NCBI GenBank assembly: GCA_051362555.1
Contig: CM120640.1
Location: 3,348,001 to 3,412,000 of the forward strand
Source: Lingula anatina
Taxonomy: Eukaryota; Animalia; Brachiopoda
Direction: 5' to 3'
DNA: 64,000 bases
Of the stretch, positions 22,686 to 36,760 are shown one piece after another. A program made the translations under genes and the position numbers. The notes below the pieces were generated by a model. That model was not told where the DNA came from, ran no database searches, and saw nothing but the letters and a program-made list of their open reading frames with translations. Each line of letters starts with the position of its first letter. Positions within the stretch are counted from its first letter, which is position 1.

Positions 22686-23493
22686 TAACTTGAACAGTAA
22701 ATGTTATTCCAACTTCCAGTGGAAGTACAAATGCATAGATGTACAATTTGTACCAGCAAATCTCATAAAAACATGCCTGTTTATTCTACCAATGTACATA
22801 TTCTTCTGCATAAACAAATATATTCCATCATTGCTGAGTATTGCATAGGCCCTCATAGAACTGACTGGCAGAAAGCTGGGGACTGCCCAGGTTTCTGCTT
22901 CATGGATATTTTAACCACAATTTAAATATTTTAATTCAGACTACATACATAATACAAATTCATCATAAACTCAATATGGACTAGTACTATAAAATTTTAT
23001 GTTGTTATATGGATACTCCTTTGTTATATGGATATTTCCTTCACTGGCATTTCATATGCCATACCTGAAAAAATGCACTTCTACCTACATGTCAAAATAG
23101 AAAGTTTTTGTATTGTTTCTAAGTATTCTTAGGTCAAAAGGCAAGGACGGAAAAGGTTAATTTCATGGAACTTTGAATAAATATTTGGCACTTGAATATG
23201 AGGAAATTTCTTTGGTAGGAATATGAAAAATCTATTAGCTCCATCTTCATAATATCCCTGTAATTTGGCCAGTACATACTTAGTCACTGCACCTGTTTTT
23301 TTTAATCATTTGACAGGATCTTTATTCTAGTTTTTGTCCAAAGCTGTTTTAATTCTTTTCACCTCGATTAATTCTGAAAGGGTGAGTACCCTAACATCTT
23401 CCAACCACACAATAATAAATCTATCATCATGACAACATTCTGGGCATGTCAACCACAAGGTGAACTGAAAGCCCAACAGTTTGTTTTCAGTAA

Positions 23494-26400
23494 TCACTTG
23501 TTGAGGAAATCAATGGAAGCTCTGACACACTTTCCTGTCGCAACATCCAGAGCGCTAACTTTGATTTCTGTGTCCCCAAACTGCATCCTCGTCTGCAGTT
23601 CGCGCCTCTTTGGCAAGTCCTGATAGTTGTCGTCTGACAAATCCAAAACCAGCTGTCCACACTTCTTCACACTTTTGTCAGTGATAAATTTAACGTCAGG
23701 GCGATCACTGCAGTAAATGTTAATAATGCTGACCTTTTGCCCAGCCTTGGCAGGGGTGTAACTCCGCAGGGCAGAGTCCCCTAGCGCCACTGCCTGGTCA
23801 ATGTCCACAAACTTGTCAAAGACATCTGTGCACCAGTCGGCACCATCTTTGGTAATTTTCTTGGATTTGGGATGTTTTCCTGGTTGAAAACGGTTGAGCA
23901 CACCAATTCCATACACCATACGTGAACGTCGCACTTGTACTACAGTGGGATCCAGACCAAATAAAACAGCACCTAGAATGTGGAAATTTTATAAATTCTG
24001 TAGCTTTTAAAAATAAGAAATCTTATCATAGAACTTATGTATGCTAATGCAGGAAGCATTAATATTATAAAGATACATGATCTCTCTATATGCCCTCCAA
24101 ACAGCCACCCTTTTTTTTTTTTTCATTTTACATTGGAAAGTTTCAACATTATGCCATTTCTTACTAACCACAATGGTTTTTGTCTTATAAACACTATATA
24201 ATTATCATTGTATCATTTACCTTTGAGTATAGTCAGTCCCACTTCTTGAGGTATGATCACTTTGAGAAGATGTCCAAACTCTCGTCTGATATCTTGCTGC
24301 AACATGGGAGATTCTGCAAAGCCTCCGACCAGAAACAGGTACTTGACGTCTGCAATAATAACAAATTTTTAAAAATTTCCCTTCCTTCCAAAACAACATA
24401 AAAACATATCTAACCCATACATAAATCAGAACTGTATCTGCCAGATATCTTGGTAATTTGAAGTACTCATCCCTTATAGTCTTTACATGAATATATTATT
24501 ATTATGCTACAACGGTCAGTGCATGTAAAAATCACAAATTAAAAAGTACAAGTTTTGAACAAAAAAATAATGTGAAAAGGCTCTTTTTAAATCTCGACCT
24601 TACTTTATTCAGACACTAATCCAGAAATTCAGCAAGACAGACTTTAATCTTTTATTATATCCTTACTACAACTGGATTGGCCTGTATTTTAGCAAGACTT
24701 TAACAAAACGGTGATCCCATTTTCTAGTTACTGTAGTACCAAAATATGTGCATGGCTTTTGCTTAGCTTTGGAAATATGAACAGACACTGGTGACGGACA
24801 ATTGTACAGATACAACTTTATATCTGAGCATAAAAGAGACAACTACCAACCATCACAGCAAAGCTCCATTTTTTTTCTTTCAATGGCCGCAAAATTACGC
24901 AATATATTAATTAATACCTTTCACATTTGGATGATTCAACACATCTCCCACGGCTTGCTTGATTCTCTCCAGAGTTGGGAAGAACAACCTCCTCATGGCC
25001 TCTGGTGACAGGCGGAGGAAACCCTGCGTAGACCACCTGATTTCTTTATCACCATATTTACGTATTGCATTCTCTACCTGATTTCCCTGCAATAAACAAC
25101 ATAGACGGCTGAACCAAATACCACAACATGGCAGAAATACAGAACATAGAGATACAGATCACAAACCACCTTCTGGTTGTGTTTATACATTTTTAAATGT
25201 GTTTAATATTAGATCTTATTCAATACAATGATGCACAATTCACAATCAATTATATATAAATATATATCTTAAAACAGGAAGAATTTGTAAAATTCCATAA
25301 ATAACATACTTATATTAAATATGTAAAGTGAAGTGTTCATTTTCTAACTGAATTTATAAAGAAAACAATAGTGCATGCAACATGGCATTCCACATTAAAG
25401 GGATAATAACTCTTCGTATGATATCTATATTTCACAATAAAAACCTTGTGAATAACTCATAGAAATATAATATATTCTGTTTTACCCCAAAAACAGCAGT
25501 TATAGCTTTTATTCTGATATCTGAACTTGTCTCTAGACCACGTGACCTCCATTGATGTCTATACTCTGTTAAAATCTCTTAAGAGATTTTAACAAAAAAC
25601 CAAACTTTTTAGAAAAAAAACAGGGACTAACTTTGAATGTAAAAATGGGTTCATTAACCATTGCTAAGTATGGGAAAATTGTTGTTTACTCCAGGAAAAT
25701 TCATTTTTTGGCCGAAACGAAGAGTTATTATTGCTTTAACATTCCTTATATGTTACTATCAGAAATACAAACTGGCAAGTACATTTTGTTCTTCTGCACT
25801 ACACAATAAACAGTGATAAAAAGCGCAGTCAACGTTAATATACAAATATGTACTCAAATTGATTAAAAATGCTTCCGTTGATTTTTATTTTCATTTCAAG
25901 AAAATTATGTGAAAATCAATTCAGCACAACTAGAAAATCAAAGTACAAAAAAACTTAAATCAGCAATTTATTAGCCTCAAGCTTGTTTTTACACTGCAAA
26001 ATTGAACACCAAGAGACCAGATAATGGCCAATTTGAAACTCACAACATCAGATATCATGATAAATATTTAACAAAAGTGGCAGCTCTGTTTCACGGTTCA
26101 CTCTGCCCAGCTTTACAGTCAGTTACAGTTGAATTGTTGGTGAAGACCCTTCTCCCATTTCTACTTCACTATCACAGTTAGCACAGCAAAACAAAATCAA
26201 AAACTACTAAAACCACTACAAGACATGTCACTACAGGTCACCTACCTTCCAAGTACCTCCTCTGGATAAAGATGGTGACTGACAAAGAATAGATATAGAT
26301 TTCAAGTTGTCATAAAATTATGAAGAAAAAAAACTGATTTAGCAATGCAATTTGAAATGCTTTTTTTTTTTTTTTACCGACACTTTTAAGGCTAATCATT

Positions 26401-29400
26401 TTAACAAACTGCTATTTCATTTACTATTTCTATGGATAAAAACAGTTGAAAACACACTTTCAAGTATTTTTTTTTCAAGTTTCCAGTCAACTTGCTAAGA
26501 AAATGCAGTTTGTCATTGTGCTGTATAAGCATGTACCTGAAAATTTTCAAGGAATATATCTAAATAAAAATGTATTTGCCAGTTGCATTTTTCCCCAAAA
26601 CCACTTAACACGAAAGTTGTAAAAATAAAGTTATTCAGATTAAAAACATCAAATCCAGAGAGGCTGAATTAATAGTTATAATTAAATGACCAACACCGTT
26701 TGCAGTGAAATAGGTACCAACCTTGTATTTCTTGTAGTAGTCTATAAAAGAAAATGGCAAGGAAACATTGAGGTGATTCCCTCTGAAAGGGTTGGCAGCT
26801 CGTTTGCGAGATTCAAATGCTATTGTCAGATCCACATAGCCAGCAGGCCGCTTTAGTTTGAACGCCTGTAAGTAATCTGCTCCAAATATGTCTGCCAGCA
26901 ATTTTTCAAATTCCATATCAACTCCTGAAATGGCATCAAGAATAATTGTATTAAAGTTTACAATCAATACTGGCCATTACATTTTCATATAAAAATGGTG
27001 AAAAAAAAATGTACAGTTCCTAAAATAGTTTATCATAATACTACCTGGCTAAATGCAGCAAAGAATTCTTTACCCCAAGGCTTAACACTTTCCAATTAGG
27101 CTAAAGAAATATAAAATATATTTCATTATTCATTCACCTAAAAATTTCAATTCATCAATTATTTTAGATTGCCGAAAATTCCTTTAAAACCAAGCCCAGA
27201 AATGATGAGCAAGCCCTACACTAAGAGCATGTCTTTACCTATGGAACCATGTGGCCCCCCTGTAGCTTTGTACAGTTCTTTAAGTCCACCTCCATGAAGA
27301 TCCATCTCATGCACTGTGATGTCCACAGTACCACCGCCACAGTCCACCACCATGTAGCGTGTACCTGGAGAGAATACAGTTACAGCAATTTATATTAACT
27401 GACATATAAAAGAAAGAATTTAATTGGCATAACAGTGAAGTTGATATTTCAGGCATGAGGTATTTTAAGACTAACCAAGTATGAGGTCATATCAAGATGC
27501 AAATATACTAACAAGAAGCAGAAGCTTTCCTTTTGCAGTCTTTAGCCATTTTGCAGATAACTACAAAATATACTTTTCTAGAAACAAGGTACTTGCATAT
27601 TCAACCTAATTTAAATAATCTACAAAATGCTTCATAGTTTCCTACAAGTCAGCTAATTAAAATACATGAGAAAGCAAAGAAAAACAATATTAAATAGAGA
27701 TACATAGGTATAAATCATGCTATGGAGGCTAGTAGTAAACAACCATGCATAATTTTACATTGCAAAAGTTCTAATTCACTACTCTATCATAATTGGCAAT
27801 ATGTATACATATATTTCTATACGCCATGTTATTCATTCAGACCCAACTACAAATATTCAGCATTTCCTCTAATCAGATCACTTATGCCAATAATTTATGG
27901 CTCCAATGATGTAAAATGCATTGGTGGCTTCTCTACCACAATGTGAAATCCTGTGCATCACAATGTGAAAAGGAGATAAACAAACCTCTTATAATGGCTT
28001 CCACCTCTTCATCATGCTCTAGTGGGAGGTTGGGCCTACATGTTTTGTAGTAATACGAGTCTGAAATCATACATATTTTTCTTTAAGTAAAAGGCTACCA
28101 AATATATATTTCTGCATTACAGTGAAATAGTATACTTCTTTATTGGCCTGTAAGATAAAGACATTTTGTGAAATAAGGAGTCTAAAATCACAAAATTCTT
28201 TTCTCAAGTCATGTAAAGGGAGACAGCTTTAATTTCATGAAAAAAAATGAATTTATGATTTTATCTTCTAAAAGGTTCATTTGGGTTTTTCTCTATAAGC
28301 TGCTTGAGACACTTGCAGACAAGAACACCAGTTCCACTGTACGTGGTCTTCATATTTGCTGACAGTTGCTTTTTAATGGTGTTATATTAAGGCATTAGAA
28401 TTTTCATTCATAAATTTCATGGCATAAAATGCCAAGTTACAAATTTAGCAACATTACTATATTAAAAACTTAATAATAAATATAACTTTTGGTTTGTGAT
28501 TTATTAAAAATTATCTATTAATGTTATCCACAACTGCCTCAAAGGAACCATCATGATATATAACTGAGAAAGACCTATGCTAATAAATAACATACAATTA
28601 ACATGTTAGAGAGGCTGTCAGGGCAAATTTCATTACCTCACATGTTCTTCAGGATCGTTTATTTGCCAAGTTTTCTTTTCATTTAATTTCTTTTCAACCA
28701 TAAATGTGAGGTAAACACCATAGTTTGTTTAAAAATATTTTTGCTTACCTATACATATTGGAAATGAAATGTGCATTGTGAAAATCTGACCATTTTGCTT
28801 ACACGGAAGCTATAAATTTTAACTTGGAGTTGCTTTTTTTGTGGTTTGGACTGATGATTTAAGTCAAGCAAAGACTGGTCAGAATATAGGGAATTACTGT
28901 TTACCCTCGGAAATTAGTTTTCCATGAGTTTTTGAGACTTGGCCCTGGCCCTTGGCCCTGACAGCTCTGTAATGGCCCAATTGCATATTTAACCAGAGTA
29001 GAGTTTTCTCCACTGCTGATTTCTGCATTTTAAAATTCGTTTCTGATTGTTCCTGTGGGCTTGGTTCTATGAAATATGTTCAAGTTCTTAAAATTTTTTT
29101 TTTTACAAATTATCCAGCTTTAATACCTTGTCTTTGAAAAAAACAGTTAACTAATAAAGGCTATGAAATGCTCAAAATAAAATTGGTGCAATGATTATTA
29201 TTGATCTCATTAGAAAATTTTTCCTTCATCATTTTGCATTTTTGTAGACATGTACAATTAATTGAAATTCACAATGTTTTTCTTTTAGATTGTGTCTGCA
29301 AATGGTTCAACACAACTTAGACGGAGTTTAAGAAGACTATCATAGTAAAGTTGACCAATGTGCAAAAGACTTTTGTCTAAAATTCTTCAATTATTAAGTG

Positions 29401-32400
29401 ACTAAAGCAGTATGCTGACAATGTACACAATCTGGCCAAGGGAGGTTTTAGCCACTCATTCTGGCAGGAGTTCGAACGCACACAAGAAAAAGACAGTGAT
29501 GCCACAGCTTGACAAGACATATTTGATCCTTGTGATAACTTATAGAACTGATAATTCAAAAGCAGTAGCAGCATCGTTAAATTTGCAAAAATCTATGAAA
29601 CAATTCTCTAGTAAGCTGGTTGCATAGCATACTGTGGAATATGTACATTTATACATTTTTATATATTGAATAAAGAATGTAAACATGATACTCTCTTTTG
29701 TTTTGAGGGAACAGTGCCTATAACCAATTTTGCCTAAGTTCCAACAATATATAAAAAGCTGTAAAAATATTCAAAACAGTTAATATAAATTTCTATAGGT
29801 TCCTATAAGATTTCCTATAGGATCCTATAAGATTTCCTATAGGATCCTATAGGAAATTGGGCCAATTTCCTATAGGAACCTATAGGAAATTCTATAGGAT
29901 CCTATAGGAAATTCTATAGGATCCTATAGGAAATCTTATAGGATCCTATAGGAAATTGGGCCAATTTCCTATAGGAACCTATAGGAAATTCTATAGGATC
30001 CTATAGGATATTCTATAGGATCCTATAGGAAATTGGGCCAATTTCCTATAGGAACCTATAGGAAATTCTATAGGATCCTATAGGATATTCTATAGGATCC
30101 TATAGGAAATTGGGCCAATTTCCTATAGGAACCTATAGGAAATTCTATAGGATCCTATAGGAAATTTCCTATAGGAATCCTATAGGAAATTTTCGTAAGG
30201 GTATCTCTGCCAGTTTTGGAGATAAAAGGAAAGCAAAATTTGCAAAGTTCAATTCATGGTGAAAAGTAGGTCAAAGGTCAATTTTAAGGTCACATATAGA
30301 TTGCCAGTATATGACTTCCTATTCAAGTTCAATAGTAACTACGGACCTATCTCTGCCAGTTTTGGAGATAAAAGGAAAGCAAAATTTGCAAAGTTCAATT
30401 CATGGTGAAAAGTAGGTCAAAGGTCAATTTTAAGGTCACATATAGATTGCCAGTATATGACTTCCTATTCAAGTTCAATAGTAACTACGGACCTATCTCT
30501 GCCAGTTTTGGAGATAAAAGGAAAGCAAAATTTGCAAAGTTCAATTCATGGTGAAAAGTAGGTCAAAGGTCAATTTTAAGGTCACATATAGATTGCCAGT
30601 ATATGACTTCCTATTCAAGTTCAATAGTAACTATGGACCTATCTCTGCCAGTTTTGGAGATAAAAGGAAAGCAAAATTTGCAAAGTTCAATTCATGGTGA
30701 AAAGTAGGTCAAAGGTCAATTTCAAGGTCACATTTAGATTGCCAGTATATGACTTTCTATTCAAGTTCAATAGTAACTACGGACCTATCTCAGCCAGTTT
30801 TGGAGATAAAAGAAAAGCAAAATTTGCAAAATTTAGTTCATGGTGTAAAGTAGGTCAAAGGTCAATTTTAAGGTCACATTTAGATTACCAGTATATGACT
30901 TCCTATTAAAGTTCAATAGTAACTATGGACCTATCTCTGCCAGTTTTGGAGATAAAAGGGAAGCAAAATTTGCAAAGTTCAGTTCATGGTGAAAAGTAGG
31001 TCAAAGGTCAATTTTAAGGTCACATAAAGATTGCCAGTATATGACTTCCTATTCAAGTTCAATAGTAACTACGGACCTATCTCTGCCAGTTTTGGAGATA
31101 AAAGGAAAGCAAAATTTGCAAAGTTCAATTCATGGTGAAAAGTAGGTCAAAGGTCAATTTTAAGGTCACATATAGATTGCCAGTATATGACTTCCTATTC
31201 AAGTTCAATAGTAACTACGGACCTACCTCTGCCAGTTTTGGAGATAAAAGGAAAGCAAAATTTGCAAAGTTCAGTTCATGGTGGAAAGTAGGTCAAAGGT
31301 CAATTTCAAGGTCACAGTAAGATTGCCAGTATATGACTTCCTATTCAACTTCAATAGTAACTATGGACCTATCTCTGCCAGTTTTGGAGATATAAGGGAC
31401 TAAATGTTATAATTTTGGAGTTACCATAATGTGCCTTAAATTTCGTACAGAAAAAATTAATTAAAATAAAGAAAATGTCATTTTGGTCAAAATTCTAGAA
31501 ATAGGAGGTGCTCTGAAGTTTCAGAAGTTCAAATTTGATGAAATAATGTCATTTTTGAACACAAGTTGTCTGCTTTTCCAAGCCTTATGTTTTATTTTTC
31601 CAGAGTTCAAAATTTATTATCCATTACCGTACTGCACATTTTGCTTTTACCACCAATATGTACTTTTTGATACAGCGTAACTCGAAAACCGTATGGAATA
31701 CAAAAAAACCGAGACCACCTCCAGTGTTGGGCTTTACATGCTCTACAAAATGCAAAAAAGAATGGGTCTCTAGCATTAACGGTTCCCGAATTAGAGACAG
31801 TTTTCAGTTTCGGTATCTTATGGCCGCTACTCCCGTGAAAAAGCACCGATTGACCCCAAATTCATGGAGATGAAAGATGACCTGAAGGGTAACACTTTCC
31901 AATAATATTATTGGTTAAGTCTGTGTAGTGTCTGAATAACAGGGCAAAAAATTTTTTTTTTCGTAAAAAAATTCATTTTTTTGAAAATTTTGGCCCATTT
32001 GACCTTGAAGTAAAGGTCAAAGGTCAAATCCAAGGGTATATTTGAAATCTACACATATGACTTTTGGAAAGCCGTCTATAGAAATTTTTCCCATAACTCC
32101 TTCCGTAGGGTAGATAATTAGCATTTAATTTTGCCATTTTTAGACAAGGATGCATTGTAATGAGTGCCACACCCAGACCCCAATACCGACAAAGCCCAAA
32201 TTTTACGTGGAACGAGTTGAGATTATAGGTGACCTAAATCCATGAGATGGGTACGGGGGCCCTTACCATCTAGGAGGAGAAGCGGTAACGGTAGCCGTCC
32301 GGCGGAGCCGGCGGAACGATCCGGACGGGACCGAAACCATGTGTACCGCCAGCGCTAACGCTGGTGGTACAATAATCTAGCTTATACTAAACTGCCATTT

Positions 32401-35400
32401 TCTCTTTCCACAAAAATAAAATTGCTGGCCATATGCATGCAATTACAAAATATTCAAAAGAAATTCTATGAATATAACTATGCATTTCAATTATCTGAGT
32501 CAAAATATTTGCTGACAATGTAAAATGAGCTCTGCACAGCTGTCAACCAATGTGTCTCCACTAGGTGTCGCCACTATCTACAGGTAATTCAGTCTGAAGG
32601 TTCAACAGCAGTGGCCATCAGAATAATCAGAAAAACAAAACAATTTCCAAATGCACTGTAATGAAGACAAAATGTCACGCATGATTTGTCTTAAATTCAG
32701 AATAATCAATCTTCATCCCCACCTTTTTTAAATCCAAAATTTGAAAATCTAAGACAATTTTACATCTGTTTAGACTGACATACCTTCTTCAAACTAATTA
32801 ACCTGATAAGAAGCAATTGCAACACAAACAATACAGAGACAACAAAGATACATACACCAACCAACATACATACTTTTAATTTTGTCCTAAATCTACTGCA
32901 GTGTGGCAAGCAACTTTAACTTCTACAATTTCAGTTGTCAACATTTCAGTCTTCCAAAGCCAGAAACCACCTTGCATGTTGGGTACAAGTGCTACATGGT
33001 TCATTTGTCTCATTTCACAACAAATTTGCAATGTCAACACCACAGTCACATGTGACTAAATGAAGCATGTCCATTGGCCACTGGGACGTGGTAATTACAT
33101 GGATTATATGTCAGGCAAAAAGTCTCGACAGGGCTGAGATTTGAGCACCTGTCTCACTGTGGCAGGCTTCATGCAGGAAGCAACATGCTGGGTTAAGACT
33201 AAGACATGCAGCCAAAACCCCAAAATAAAAATATAATTATATATATGACTATTATTTCGTCTACTAACACATTCATGCAGAAATACAGATTGGCAATGGC
33301 TCAAATACAACAATGCCTTTCTACTTCCTGCATCTAATTAATTACTTCACAGAAACAAAATCTGCTTTTTTTTTTAAATCTCTGAAGCATCCCTTTAAAA
33401 TCTACATATTTTATCACGTCAGCCTGACAGGATCAATATTTTGATACTTTAAATTCAGAACTTAATATAATATCAGCTCTGGGTTCAAAACATTAATTCC
33501 TTTTTTTCTGCAGTGAGCCAAAATGTTTCTTCATGTCAGTCTACAACACAGCACTTACCATGTTGGAATCCATCTGCCACAGGGTCTGTATTCAGGGGTG
33601 GGGGTTCTTCTTGTCTGATGGATAGAGGGCGCTTTTCTGGTGGTACCTCGGGTGTCAACTGGTGCATGCGCAACTTGCGGCAGTAGATTGAGGCAGCCTC
33701 CGGTTCCAAGGCAATAAGGAGTTGGTCTGCATACTCTGGGGAAGATATGCCAGCCTGAAATAAACAGTATATGGAACATAACCAAATGTGTACAATTTAT
33801 AGGTCTACAGTGACTTGTAATTGGAGTTCTTTGCTGTATAGATTAAATAATTGTTCAAACTTATTATCTTTGGTTAAGTTAGCTGTTTGTGTATCTTTTT
33901 CTAACAGATGAGCAGTTGAACATGCACATCCCCCCAAAAAACAAACCAATTTTTACAAAGGTCTATGCCTATATTGTTATATTTCATTTGATTGATTAAG
34001 ACAAAATACATTCTTCCAGGTTGAGGGATCATAAGCTTTTGCAAAAATTGGAGAACCATTTCTCTTCTCCACCTCCATGATACATACTACAACTATCCAT
34101 ACATCTTTTTGATCCTACAACACAAAAACAAATGGCCGCAATTCTAGTATTTAAATATTCCCTAGGGACTGATAAGGTCAGACAGAACTTGAAATTTAGG
34201 AAACTAGTTCAGCAAAGTGTCTCCCACTGTTACAGTAAGGAATGTTCAAAGACTGAAGAGGAAATGTATGCTTAGCTTATTGTGAAGTGACTATGGCAAT
34301 GTGGCACTTGAGAAGATTGAAGTATACACTACTCCATCTTGTCATCTGCTCTCTACCCTCGCAGCCGACTTGATTGCCTTACAAATGTCAAAGCAGCAGA
34401 AGGGCATCCTCTCATCTCCACTGATGCAGGGGCCCTGTCCCAATAACAGAACTGTTAAATCCTGGTGACCTGAACCAGGGAGCAAGCCAGGAGCAGGCCC
34501 GAAGACAATCACAATGTCAGCTCTCTTTTTAGCTGTGATGTTATCAAGACTCTGCAGCCCGATGTGGGTGGAGCTGAACTGGGTGACAAAGCTAGGAGTT
34601 GGTGTACACAGATAAGGCTGTTATTTCCTGCTGTTTACAGGAAACGCATACATCACTCTCAGTCATCACACTATTTTAGCTGTTGATGATCAACAAAAAA
34701 AAAAGAGATTCACTACTGTTTTGAGTTATCTTTATCCTATTTAAGGGCACAGACAAAAACATCCCTCACTGCCTTTCACTCTGTTACAGTGACTAATGTT
34801 TTTAGAATTTTTATTTCAAATTCTAGTATGATGGTACATATTTTCTATTATCATGTCATCATGTCACCGCAGTGAACAGTCTAAGTGGTTGCCTCAGTCA
34901 TGTTCATATGGTTCTGGTCAGTGTAATCACACAATACGATAATCTCTTTGTGGGCATATCTGAAAAACAGGGCTCAAAATTGAAAGCATAAAAGCATCAA
35001 GTGAGGGCTCGTGTGATCTATGAAGTAAAACAAAACCACACACCTTTTTTATGTTTGTTTGGGACCAGCCCATTTCGGGTCTAGGACTCTAGATAAACAG
35101 CATTCCTGACATTCTTTATGAATGGTCAATAATAAAATGGACAGAATTTGAATAAAAATCCACACCTTGATTTTTTTTACAATCAAAGGAAACTGGAAAT
35201 TTCTTGCCTCCACATCTCCACCCTGGATAAATCTTTGAAGAAGCATGGAACACTGGCTTTAGAAAACTGAACCCTGGATGAACTAAATTCCTGGCACACT
35301 TCTTATCTGGTTTAAAGCAGAGGTTGTAAGCCAAAGCACTGCATAAAACCAGACCCATAAAAATCCACACGCACATAATTTTATCATACACACCCTAGTC

Positions 35401-36712
35401 TGAAACCATGAGCCTCAGGAATACTTTGAAGAGCAAGGATTATAATGGGAAACAACACTATCCCCATAGACATCACACCCTGAATATTTTGTGGTTTGTA
35501 TCCAACCAAGAGAAACCCGACTTCAATGCATTAATAAAACATTTCATCATTACTGGGCTTTAAGGAAAGAGTAAACAGTAGGAAACAACACCATCACCAC
35601 AGAGACCACACCCTGAATAATTTGGTATGTATCCAACCCAATGATACCCTGAGAACATATCATTCATTATTATAAAACACACAATATCTTGTCATTGCAG
35701 AAATGGTGTAAACACAATATGAGCCCATAATACCACCAGAATGAGAATCAGAAGTTCTCAGAACAGAAAAACACAATAGCATCAGAAGTCTTCCACCTTG
35801 CAGCCCTGCAAGCAAGGACCAGGGTGCTCAACATTCCTGGAATATTTCATCAGTGGTCAATGAGAGTCGAGCAGAAACAACAGACCACAGCTTTCTCCAT
35901 TTCAAAAGTTTTTCTTAGCAAAGAATACATCTGGAGTGTACAGAGCAACCAACTGGGTCCAACAACCTGCATACTTCACATACTTCAGAGCTGCATGGCC
36001 AATCAACCAATATCTAGGTTTTCACAGCAAAGAACCACCCCCAGTAAAATCCAGATCACTTGACTTCACACATAAATACTAATTTAACCACTGAACTCCA
36101 CATATGTTTTAAGAGGTTATACATTATGTCCAGCAGTTTCACTGATGGAAGTTTCAAAGTGCTGGCATATTCATTAACCCCATTGGTGAGGTAAATGGGA
36201 TCAACGGTTATAAATGATTGGTATTTCTTGGGAAGAGGACAGATACAACATGCCAGTTTTTACTGCACTGTTAATGTTTTGATTCTGATTAAAAACTGGA
36301 CGACTAGATAAACTATAAGAACAGGCACACCAACTGGGGAGAAGTAGAAAATAAAACACCCTTTTTGGCCAGAAAATGCCCACTCTGAATCAAAATTTGA
36401 TCTAGGATAGCTTTCAATGTGTACAATGACCCTTTAGACATACCATTAGTGTTAAATCTTAAGAAACAAAACACAATACAAATGGGCACAATTCTAACAG
36501 TTGTTTGAAAGGTTTCAAATTATCAGTTTAAGTGAACAGGGATTTTTTAGCACAATGCAAACTTAAGCACCTCCCCATGGAACTAAATGTGAAAACATCC
36601 ATTTACAAGATCAAGAGTGTAACTGCCCGCGACATTTTATTTTATTTTATTTATTTATTTATTTCTCATTATTCATTCGAAGTACATTTTCCGTTCTTTC
36701 TCTGTTTACTCT

Positions 36713-36760
<48 letters not shown>

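Noticed and set aside
30694-31320. Repeated ORFs [13 protein letters not shown]...
   Set aside because: Translations of the 146-bp tandem unit with no splice or protein-family support.
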